From Blepharisma stoltei ATCC 30299 (lineage: Eukaryota > Protista > Ciliophora), in contig CBFDEM010000061.1 of assembly GCA_965603825.1 (NCBI GenBank), positions 124,001 through 188,000 on the forward strand: a DNA stretch of 64,000 bases, given 5' to 3'. The notes below the pieces were generated by a model. The model did not search any database and was not told where the DNA came from. It was given only the letters and a program-made list of their open reading frames with translations. This document shows positions 41,987-52,622 of this stretch, piece by piece (position 1 is the stretch's first letter; every line of letters starts with the position of its first letter). Position numbers and translations under genes: made by a program.

Positions 41987-42405
41987 TATTGTTTATAAAT
42001 CAATTAATTATCATCAAACTAAATGAAAATGTTAATTTAAGAATATGCATATAGTTCTTTAAAAATGTGGCGAATAAATAGGAAGCAGATAACTATAAAT
42101 GAAATATGATATTTCACAGCAATAATAAGAGAAATATAGGATTAATAGATAAGTTTACAGTCAAAACCTTTTAGGCGATTTAAATAAAGTTGATAACTGT
42201 TTTTGATTTGGTATTTAAATTGATCATGAATCTTGAAATGATTTATTATAGACTTGTGCATGCCAGCACTATTTTAAACTTCAATTAAGAAAAAGGTCAA
42301 ACTATCGAATTTAATTTATTCACCTGAGTAATTTCCTTTCTTGGTTTTATATCATTAGAAATATAAACTAGCTTTCATGATGATTTTTATAAAAATATAA
42401 ATATT

Positions 42406-43280
42406 TTAAAGAAATAACGACAAATAAACATTTATTAGCGAAGAGAAAACAAGTGAAGTGCTTGATGAGGAATTACATGCGTTTGTGCCTGAGTTGTTGG
42501 TTAACCTGAGGAGCAGTCTGGAAGCCATATCGTGCTGCTTTATAAAAATAACTGGATCTGCAAGAGGTACATACATGATCACTCGAGCCTGCACATGAGT
42601 GCGTCTTGCATAGCAAGGCTTGGCTGGCAGGTTGATAATATCCAGAATTACATTGGCATGGAAACCCTGATGCATTATCAATGCATAAACTACAGATTCC
42701 CGACCAAAAAGAGTGGTGCCTTAGCATAAAAATCGTCATAGATGTAACAGAATGCATCCATTTGATCAAGTTAGGTCTAAGCATGATTTGAATGCGGAGC
42801 TTGAAAGAAACTATAAATTTCTTCACTATCAAGAGGCGTAATCCATAAACTTGAACTAAAATAAAGGTTCAGACATATTTTGATTGCAGAATGTGCTGGG
42901 AAGTTTTAGTAAAGTAAAAGCCACGATCAATGATAGGGGGTGGGACTTTTTGCGTTAGAGATTTGCAGGTAATATTTTTTGAATTATAAACTGCACATAA
43001 TAGCCAGTCGTGCTTATAGCAAAGCTCTCTGTTAAATCAATAGATATCAAAATTCAAAGGTAAATAATATTTGCATCATCTCCGCTTAGTGGATTGCATA
43101 TTTCAGGTGTTCCAAAGCTAGTCGGGTAAGGGCAAGTGTCTACGCATATATTCAAGAGTCAATCATTTAAGGTGAGCTTAGGCAGGCTAATATTTCTCCA
43201 TTGGCATAACTGCTATAGGGACAAAGCGAGCATGCTAGCACAGCATTGATGACAAAAATAATTGCTAGATAGCAATTTCT
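42406..43280 (-). pseudogene. Fragment H: heavily decayed 5' portion of a family member
   Basis: Recognisable remnants are IIFVINAVLACSLCPYSS (signal), MIDS..ICVDTCP, PPPIIDRGFYFTKTS (~42905-42950) and CIDNASGFPCQCNSGYYQP (~42630-42690). They are separated by TAA/TAG stops and frameshifts. Confidence 0.7.
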
Positions 43281-43474
43281 ATTGATATGAATTTAAAAAA
43301 ACAAATTTAAAGATTCAGATAGGCTAGATTATAAATTAGGCAAGTAATATATTATGATTAGATGAGGAAGTAAGTAATTAAAGTGTTTAAATTTAGCTTA
43401 AATAGTATTGTTGCAATTTTATAATCAAAATTTATATTTGTTTTATTAAAAATCTAATTTTGAGCAACTTTATG

Positions 43475-44026
43475 GAATACCTGCATTTTTTTTATTTTCT
43501 TATAAAAATAAAAATCGAATCCAGTCACAAGAAAAATCGTTTTTTGCATCATTTAGTTCTTTATTTTATGAGTTTCGGACTGATCGTGGGCTACTTGGAA
43601 CACAGTATTACTGTGTATTTTTTCTGAGGAGACTTATTTATATAATAAATTTGGTATATTTAAGGGATTTCCCTCAAACAGAAGTGACTATTAATATTGT
43701 CCTGCCACTGATGACTATTATGCATTTATGATTTTTCTGGCCCTTGAAGACTCTATTTTACAGGTGAGCAATTTTTTGACGGAAATGTTGATTTTTTTAA
43801 TAATGAGTGCGACATCGGTATATTTGTTTGATTTAGAGCAGGAAATTGTTCAATTATGGAAAATGCTATTATAGCGACTGTAGTAACAGCTATTGGAATT
43901 CAGTCATCTGCATCAATTGCAATTTTTGGAAGAACTTTATATGGAGTGATTAAAAATAAACTTACGAAAGCAGGAATTATGAAAAAAAATCCTTATGAGT
44001 ATAAAAAGCAGCCTGTAAAATCCTAA
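43475..44026 (+). pseudogene. Fragment I: orphan 3' half of the multi-pass TM domain (not in ORF track)
   Basis: Reads SYKNKNRIQSQEKSFFASFSSLFYEFRTDRGLLGTQYYCVFFLRRLIYIINLVYLRDFPQTEVTINIV. Frameshifts at ~43744 and ~43852. It ends KKQPVKS-TAA at 44024-44026, and no upstream gene body is present. Confidence 0.8.
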
Positions 44027-44417
44027 AAATAATAAATTTATATATCAATTATATAATGTAATCACAAAACTTTAGTTTATTTAATATTTTCAATTTCTTT
44101 AATAGAAAATTAAATTAAGAGATTGCTATAATAAATGAAATTTGAAGCCACAAAAAGACTAGCCAAAAATGTTATGAATTAAAGCAATCAATTTATTAGA
44201 ATATTATTTAAATTTAAGCAAATAATTATCTTATGTCTTAATTTAGGCGACTCTAGAAGCATAAAGCCATTTTTATTAATAAAAATTTCATGGCTTCTGA
44301 TATTCTTCTCCAAGCACTTTAAAGCGTTTTAAAACCTTAAAACAACAATAAATTTAATTATTATCCTAAATTTAAATTATCTTATACTAATCTAATCAAC
44401 TTATAATAATAAATTTA

Positions 44418-47400
44418 ATGAGCTTACTCTTCTTTGTTATCTCTCAAGTTGTGTTGACTCTTTCAAGCTGTCCATATGATAGCTGAGGATCTGGGTGTAA
44501 TAACCCAAAATTTATGGTTGATTCCAAAGTATGTGCAGCTGGATGCCCTACACTTTATCATTTCTATCAACAGTATTTTGATATAGGATTTTTTAACTAC
44601 TGTAGTAAGCCTACTGGCAGTGATGCAATTTTATTCACATTAATACTATCAAAGGTTCAAGATTTAACCTTAACTTATGTGTCAGACCTAAATGATTATA
44701 GTAAGAAATTTGTGAACCCAGGAGGAATCCCATATATTTCTGAAACACAAAATTCTCCACTTCCAACTTTAGATCGTGGCTTTTATTTTGCTACTACATC
44801 AAGTATGACAAGCAATCAGAGCTATACACCTGGCCTTTATTTTATTTTAAATTTGATAATCAAGTCTTTGGGAAGTGGAGAAATTTTAAATATACAAATA
44901 AATTCAACACAATATGTGAGGATATGAGCAGATACCTCTGGCTATTATAAAATTAGTGCATTAATTTTTAACGCCAATGGGGCTCAAATAGCAGTATCTG
45001 GAGCCTCCTCTGCTAAATATTCGTCATCTTGGCACTCACTCTCAGTTTCTTTATCTCAGTTGTCTTGTGATTTAGGCTCCATAACCTTTTATATAGATTG
45101 GAATGAGGCTGGAACAGCAATCTTAAGTAGCTCTGAAATAAGTTTTCCAACTGAGACTTATATATGGACTTTTGGAAATAATGGCAGAAACAACTCATTT
45201 AAAGGGTTTATTTATTGGATTCAAGCAAGAGCTGATAGCAATATAAACTATGGGATTATGACTATCACTATTGATTGTACTGATAATCAATATTGAGATG
45301 GATTTGCTTGTCAAAATTGCGAAGCTGGCTGCCAAACTTGGCCTTGGTGCATTAGAGGCGGTGACTGTAGTTTTTGTAGTTCCCTATATTGCAGTTCATG
45401 CTACGGTTATTCTTTATCAATGTGCACAGATCGTTTTTCTAATCAAATACCTAAAATTTCCCGCTTTGTCTGCTCAACAGGATGCCAAACTTGTACAGGA
45501 ATTGAATATCATGAATGCACAAGCTGCCAAACTGGCTATTACTTCCTTAATATACAATGTTTACCTGAATGCCCAACAGGATATATCCCAAACTCTTCAA
45601 CAAAAAATTGTGATCTTAGTGTGAATTGAGCGTATAATTTTTTATTTTCTAATATAATACTTTTAAACTCAATTTCTGGAATAGACGTAGGATCATCGAA
45701 TACCAATTCATACCCAAATTATGACCCTAATGATCCTTATCCAGCTTATAATCGGGGATATTATTTTAACTCTAACAGCTACTTAAAAACAAGTTTTATG
45801 CTTGCCCCTTCTAATTCTATCACTGCCTGAATAAGGCCTATAGCAGCTGGTCTCCTCTTTATTAAGTATATATCAGGTGCAACTCAATGGTCTGTGCAAA
45901 TTTTGCCTTCAGGACAGCCAAAACTTTCTCTTCTCCTCTCAGACTCTTCTACAACTCTTTCTGTAACAGGTGCTTCAAGCGTCCTAAATTATTGATTTTT
46001 CGTTTTATTTGAATGTGATATTAATTCTGATGGGACAACTACTGCAAAATCTTATATTGATACAACCAACCTGGTCACCTCTTCAACTACAATTCCTCTT
46101 TATCCATTAGATAGCTTTTCAGGGGATTTATATCTAGGGCACTATAGCTCAGGATTCACAGGATTTGCGTGAAAAGTTAAGCTTCGTTGTATACCAAACT
46201 TGTGAGAGAGTCTTTATGCATCTTCAGGATGTTTAGGAAATTGCACAAAATGCGCAGGAGATTTAACTTGTCTGGATAACTGTTCAATTAATCAATATTT
46301 TGACGGATCTATATGCAAAGACTGCATAGATACTTGCACTAAAGGATGCAGAAATTCTAATACCTGCAGATTATGCAACACAAAAGAATGCGCTACCTGC
46401 ACAGAATTTTCAGGGGCGAATTCATGCCTAACTTGTATTGCAAATGCTGTAGATGATGGAGCTGGGGGCTGTAAATGTGCAAATAATGCTTTCTGGGTAT
46501 CTTCATCGCAGTCTTGCGAAATTTGTGATAATTTCTGCTCAACTTGTTTGAAAACAGCTTATTTTGAATGCTCAGCGTGTTCAGGAACAAATTTTTTGGT
46601 TGGGACAGTCTGCTTTAGTCGCTGTCCTTATGGGTTTGGATCTCCCTGCTCACCAGTGTCAACCGCTGTCATCGATCTCTCTTTTGATGGAGATTTTCTA
46701 GGTCAATACGGACTTTTTGTAACAGGTACAAATTTCGCATCTTTTCAGTTTTTTAGTAGCCCTGAGACTCTTGATCCTATCCCTGCATATAATCGAGGCT
46801 TATTTTTTGATGGAACTAAATATTTATCAACCTGAACAAACCCTCAATTGTTTCATAGTTTTTCTTTAGGGGCTTGAATTTATGTAATTATTGATGGTGG
46901 TTGAATGGAAAAATCTATCTTGATTAATTATTCTTCATTGGGGAGCTTTACTATTAGACTTCAACTTTGGAATAATACCAATATTCCTGTAACTTTGTCC
47001 TCATCAGGTCTACTCAACACTTGAAAGTACTTATCAGTCACCTCTATTTATTATCTAGGGCAAACTACTTTAGCAATCTATATGAATGGCGCTGCTCTCT
47101 CATCACTTCTAGTTCCAGATAGGATTTTTAGAGATAGTGCCACAAGCACTATAACAATTGGAAAGAGCAGCACATCGGGTTTTGTAGGATTCGTTAGGTC
47201 TTTTCAGATGTGAAATACTCCAATAAATGATTTTTCCAGCTATATAAATGCAGCTTGTGGATCAGGGTCAGCTTGCTTATGGTCTTGTGATTTGTATCAT
47301 TATTATGATGGTGCGAACTGTGTATCCTGCAATTCATGCAGCCTTGGATGTGTAAGGGGAAATACCTGCAATATTTGTTATGGCTTATTATGCTTGAAAT

Positions 47401-50400
47401 GTACAGGATTTGACTCAGGAAAATGCACTCAATGTGTTATTAATGCGAGTTTAAATGTAGGGGTATGTGCTTGTAATCCTGGATATGGGGTGTCTTATGA
47501 TGGGCTTTCATGCATTGCGTGCTATACTGGGTGCTCTCAATGTACAGGCTCAACTTCTCATGAATGCAAAGCATGCTTTTCAGGATATTTTTTCTATGAA
47601 GATACTGGTGAATGCTTAACTGCATGCCCAACGGGGTATATTGCCAATCCAGGGACAAATATTTGTGTAAAATGCGATGTCTCATGTAAAACATGCACTT
47701 CTGCTAGCTATTTGGATTGCTTGGAATGTGCTGATAGCTATTATAAGGTTACTGGAATTTGTTTAGGTAGCTGCCCGTCAGGGTATTCTTTGTCTGCAAA
47801 TGGGTGTATGCTAGTGCAGGAGAAAATTTTTGACTTAGATTTGAATACTCTAAATGGAATCATTTATGATAAAGCAAGCTCAATACCAGTTGCTACGGGC
47901 TCTACTAATAAATTTTATCCAGATTATGAACCTGACGACCCAATCCCTGCTTATCTGAGAGGATTCTGATTTAATGGTCAGTCTTCAGTTTTAAGGCTAC
48001 CTGAATTTTCAAATTATACATATCCAAAACTCATTATAGCCCCAACCTTTACTATTTCTATATGGCTAAACACCGAAACATCATTCTCAGCTCTATTGTC
48101 AAAAAATAGCATTTCTGATAATTACTCAGCTCTTTATTTTATCTCATTAATAAGCAGTAAACCTGCAATTTCTCTTCTAATAAGCTCATCCCCTTTCTTT
48201 TACTCATGTCAAGCAACACTCAACAACTATGAATGAAGCCATATTGTATATACATTAGAAGTTGCTCAAAATGGGTATAATAAGATTTCCTGCTATATAA
48301 ATGGAATGCTTGATTCATCAGGAATGACAGGATATGGAGCTTTTCTTGATATAGGCCCTCATACCACAATGACTATAGGAGCTCAAATAAGCTCATCAGC
48401 AGTTTATAATTTTTATCAAGGCTTTATTTATACTATTCAAATATTTAATACAGTAAAATCAATATCTAGTCTATCGACAACATCTTGCACCGAACCCTGC
48501 AGTGTTTGCCCAATAAGCCAAATCTGCATTCCAAACTGTAAAATAAATGAATATTGGAGTGGTCCTGCTTATAATAAATGCTATAGTTGCAATATTAAAT
48601 GCAAGAAAACCTGCAGAGACTGGCGATCTGCATGTTCACTTTGTAGTAATTTATTATGCGACATCTGCACTGATTATTCAGCTTCTGGATGCTCAGCTTG
48701 CAAAGAGTATGCAATTAATCCTGATTCCTGTATCTGTGACATAAATTATGTATTAGATGCTTCTAATAATAGCAGCTGCATTCCTCTTGAGGCTGGCGGA
48801 TTTAGAGATCCTAGTGGAATTTTTTATCCTTGTCCAAATTACTGCACTATTTGTGAATCCCTTACTAAATGCTCTGCTTGTGTAGAAAATGCGAGTCTAA
48901 TTAATAATCTCTGTTATTGCAATATAGTCTATAACGGTACTAAAAATTGTATTTTAGTTCCTTTTTCAGCAAAACTCACCGTTTTATCAGATAATTCTCT
49001 CTATCTCACTTTTTCAGACAGTCTTGCTAAAATCCTTACTACAAATGATTTTACCATAAAAATTGCAAAGCTAGGAAATATTTCCTATAAATTTGAGCAA
49101 GTAAATAATACTTGTTATTATATTACTTTAAAAATTTCAGAAGAAGTATCTAAAGGGACATTAGCTACGCTTGAGTTTTTAAATTTGACAGAAGTGAGAT
49201 CAGTCTCAAATGGGCTCTTAAATTCGTCAGAAATTTCAGCATCTTTAAATTCTTATGACCCTGCGCCATATTCGCCTACTATTGCTGCAGTCAGTTCTCA
49301 AGCAGAAGCAATAGCTCAGACGACTGTTGCTGTAGCTGCTGCTTTATCGATTATCAATCCTAATCCGAGCTCTCTATGGAGCATGATGAATACTTTACAA
49401 ATCCTCAGTTACTTGACATTATCAGGGATCCCTTTGTCTAAAAAAATAAGAGCCTTTTTGAATAGCTTGAACTCCTTTAGCTTATTCCCAAATGCATTTA
49501 TATATATTACGAATGAAGATGAAGGAAAAACTCTTTATTCTCAAGCAAAAGAGTTTGGTTTTGAGACTGATCTGATACTATTAAATACTGGAAATGATTT
49601 TACGCTTATATTGGCTTCATTTTTAGCTTTTCCTATTATTTTATTTTTTTCTCGATGCTCATTCAGATGAATTGGTAAGAAATTTACGAAAACTGTTAAG
49701 GCTTATCAGTTTGCCTTTTATTTGAGATTTTGGATGCAATGCTATTTAGAACTAGGAGCAGCTGCAAGTATTGGACTTATTACTTTTGGATTTAATAATA
49801 TCACTCAGATAGCGAATTTTCTTATATGTATAGCTATTTATATTTTGCATGCTATTACTCCAGCAGTGTTTTTTTGGCTTTCTTATAAAAATAAAAATAG
49901 GATCCAGTCACGAGAAAAAACCTTTAATAGACGATTTAGCTCGTTTTTTTATGAATTTCGAACTGATCGAGGGTTACTTGCAACACAGTATTATTTTGTA
50001 TTTTTTATAAGGAGACTTATCTATATCATAAGTTTGGTCTTCTTAAGAAACTATCCACAAACTGAAGTAACAATTAATGTCATTCTTTCAATAATGACTA
50101 TAATGCATTTAATTTTCTTTTGGCCATTTAAAGACTCTACTTTACAAATTTGTAATTTATTGACTGAAATAGGTATTTTTTTCATAATGACCGCTATTTC
50201 TGTTTATTTATTTAATTTAGACCAAGAAATTTTGTCAATTATTGAGGAAGCGATTGTAGCAATTGTAATAGCTATTATGGGAATTCAGATTTTAGCTTCA
50301 ATAGTTATTTCTGTAAGGACGTTATATAAGATTATCAAATATAAGCTAGAAAAACAAAATTTTTTAAAGGTCAATTCATGCGAGATAACAAAAATTAAAT

Positions 50401-50402
50401 AA
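44418..50402 (+). CDS. Copy J, ~1994 aa, inverted orientation: signal, LamG1, LamG3, LamG4, LamG7, stalk, multi-pass TM
   Basis: ATG 44418 gives MSLLFFVISQVVLTLSSCPYDS-TGA-G. Track ORFs at 44514, 45060, 45420, 46548, 47292, 48306 and 49722 are in phase. The 45629-46230 gap was read by hand and contains only TGA. Stop is TAA TAA. Confidence 0.85.
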
Positions 50403-51180
50403 TAAAACTTATCATTTTAGCTTTTATTTTGACAAAAGACTGATTCTTTTATATGAAATTATATATAATTTAATTTTTTATATGTCGAAGCTTTCTTTAA
50501 ATTCCAAATAATTCAATTTTGCATAATTATTCAGCCTTTTTATAATAATTTATATAATTTAAGTTTGAGGTATAAATTCGATATATAGCTAGCTTCAATC
50601 TAGTTACAATAAGCATCACTTATTTGAAAATTTTAATTCATGAAATTCGAATATTTTTTTAAAATGGGATTTTTGAAACGCTTCTCGGTGGTTAACAACG
50701 CTTATTTTATTCTAGTTGCTTTCAAATGAAATTTCAAAATTAAATAGGCTTGTTGAAATAAATATAAAAAAGTTGAAAATTATTTTTTTAATAAAAAAAA
50801 TTATAAATAAAGTCTTTATTTAGGAGGTATTTATTTTGGCCAATGGGTAAATTTCTATGTGCAATTCTGAGCCAGCTTTGCATTTAGATGCCAGAAAGTC
50901 AAAAGTTGTGGCTTCAAGTTGCTATTTGAATAGAATAGACTGACCAAATAATTTTAGAAATAAAAGCCAGATTAAAACAGTAAATAAAACTAATAGCAAA
51001 TTTACATTAAAGAAATTAGAAAAGTTAAAAATTATATTTAAGTCCATTAAGCTTTTAGAATCAGGAAATATATTAAAGATATATTTCCTATATTTTGCTT
51101 TCCTATTTGCTCCTCATTATAAATATTTAAGGATTTATATACCTTAAAAGTAAAATTGAATTTTATTTTTTGATTTTTTG

Positions 51181-51444
51181 ATGGAAATTTTTGAAAAAGG
51201 ATTTATGCTGAAGAACTTAGGTTTTGACTTGGAAATTGCTATGAGAATGCTGGAAGCATGTGGAGGAGATGCTGAGCTTGCATTTAGCCTGCTCCTAGAT
51301 GCTGGAACTGATGTCATGTGTGGATTGGATGATGATGTCACGGAGGGGTCACTGAGTTATGAAGATAGACAAGATTATGAATTTGAAGAGGAATTAGGAG
51401 TCAAGTTGAAGAAGAAGATGCAGAATATGAAAAAGAAAGTTTAA
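51181..51444 (+). pseudogene. UBA-like domain ORF with acidic tail inside the insertion; appears to continue through frameshifts
   Basis: MLKNLGFDLEIAMRMLEACGGDAELAFSLLLD matches the UBA pattern (LxxLGF...A...L....GD.E.A...LL). An acidic frame continues after a shift at ~51400 (QVEEEDAEYEKESLNNTGNDVDEELIEKGKGQDEDES). Confidence 0.6.
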
Positions 51445-51794
51445 ATAATACTGGAAACGATGTAGATGAAGAGCTTATCGAGAAAGGTAAAGGTCAAGAT
51501 GAAGACGAGAGTGCCGCGAAAAAGTAGTAATTGGAAAAGATGGTGATTTGAATTTTGGACGGAAAAGTGAGAAGTATGATATTGATATCTTCAAATTAAG
51601 GGCCGGCTTTAGTGCAGCATCGTATTCACAGAATTTAAGGCATTTAAGACAGAGTCCCAAATATGAGAGATGTAGGTGAAATGAGAATGAAATCCATCTG
51701 TATAATGATTGTTTTTTGAATGAAAATGAAAGAACTAATTTATTGCTGAGTTGCTACTGAGCTTGATGTGGTAGATGAAGCTGGATCTGTTGAT

Positions 51795-51942
51795 GTAGAA
51801 GTTGGAATTGTTTGGAGTTATTGGAATTGCTTAGAGTTGTTGGAATGTTTGAGTTATTGGAGTTGTTGGAATTGTAGGAGTAGCTGTAGCTGCTGCAGTT
51901 GCTGAAGTTATTGGAATTGCTGGAGTTGTTGGAGTGGTTGGA
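51795..51942 (+). repeat. Degenerate 9-bp tandem repeat, consensus TGGA(A/G)TTG(T/C)
   Basis: Directly visible: gttggaattg tttggagtta ttggaattgc ... ttggaattgc tggagttgtt ggagtggttg. It would encode W-[SN]-C on the + strand. Confidence 0.8.
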
Positions 51943-52622
51943 GAAAGCAGAGAGAAAAAAAGGGAGAAATGCTGCTAAGCAGCGTTAAAATAATTTTAAG
52001 ATATACCTTAAAAGTATTTTTCAAATTTCAAAATATTCAATAGAAAATTCCCTTTAGAAGCCCTTCAGTTCACAATTTGTTGGACCAAATTGTAATTTTA
52101 ACAGGCAATTAGCCCATTGATAGGGCTATCTATTTGAATTGCGTATAATTCAAGCAACTGTAAGAAAAATTTAAAGATTTAATTTAAGTTTAGAGTATAT
52201 AATTAGCTTTGATAACCATTATTGAAAGAAAATTTTAATTCTGAAACTTGAATAATTTTTTCTATAAATAGGATTTTTGAAATGCTTCTCAAGTGGCTAG
52301 CAACATTTACTTTGAATATTTTATTCCAATTGCTTCAAATTAAATTATTAAAATAAATAAATAATTATTTTTAATTTAACATGTTTAAAATGAGACCCTA
52401 TTTTTATTTTGACCATTTTTAGTTCAATGAGTATTGACAAATCTGAAATAAAAACCTGCAATTAAAATATAAATGTTATTAGATCTCTCCAGCAGATTAT
52501 TTTTTGCTTTTAAGCTCAAACATCTAAAACCTAAGCTTTATCAGTTTTCAACGGAAAATAATTATCATTATAGCTAAATTATAATTTTTTAAACATTTAA
52601 AGCTTCACATTTTGCTTAATTA

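Larger units (their letters stand above)
51137..52016. mobile_element. 848-bp insertion (51153-52000) flanked by a perfect 16-bp direct repeat ATATACCTTAAAAGTA
   Basis: The repeat is at 51137-51152 and 52001-52016. The homologous spacer at ~17720-17735 has a single copy (ATATATCTTAAAAGTA) with matching flanks on both sides, i.e. an empty site. Confidence 0.8.

Noticed and set aside
51795-51942. CRISPR array or telomeric repeat
   Set aside because: It is a degenerate 9-mer without unique spacers and does not match the C4A4, C4A2 or CCCTAACA-type ciliate telomere units.
51971-52000. Helitron or TIR DNA transposon call for the insertion
   Set aside because: A subterminal hairpin is present, but Helitrons make no TSD and a CTRR end is absent. 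There are no convincing terminal inverted repeats.
52063-52164. tRNA gene
   Set aside because: There is no GG D-loop or TTCRA T-loop consensus, and the arm spacing is wrong. Kept only as an unclassified structure.
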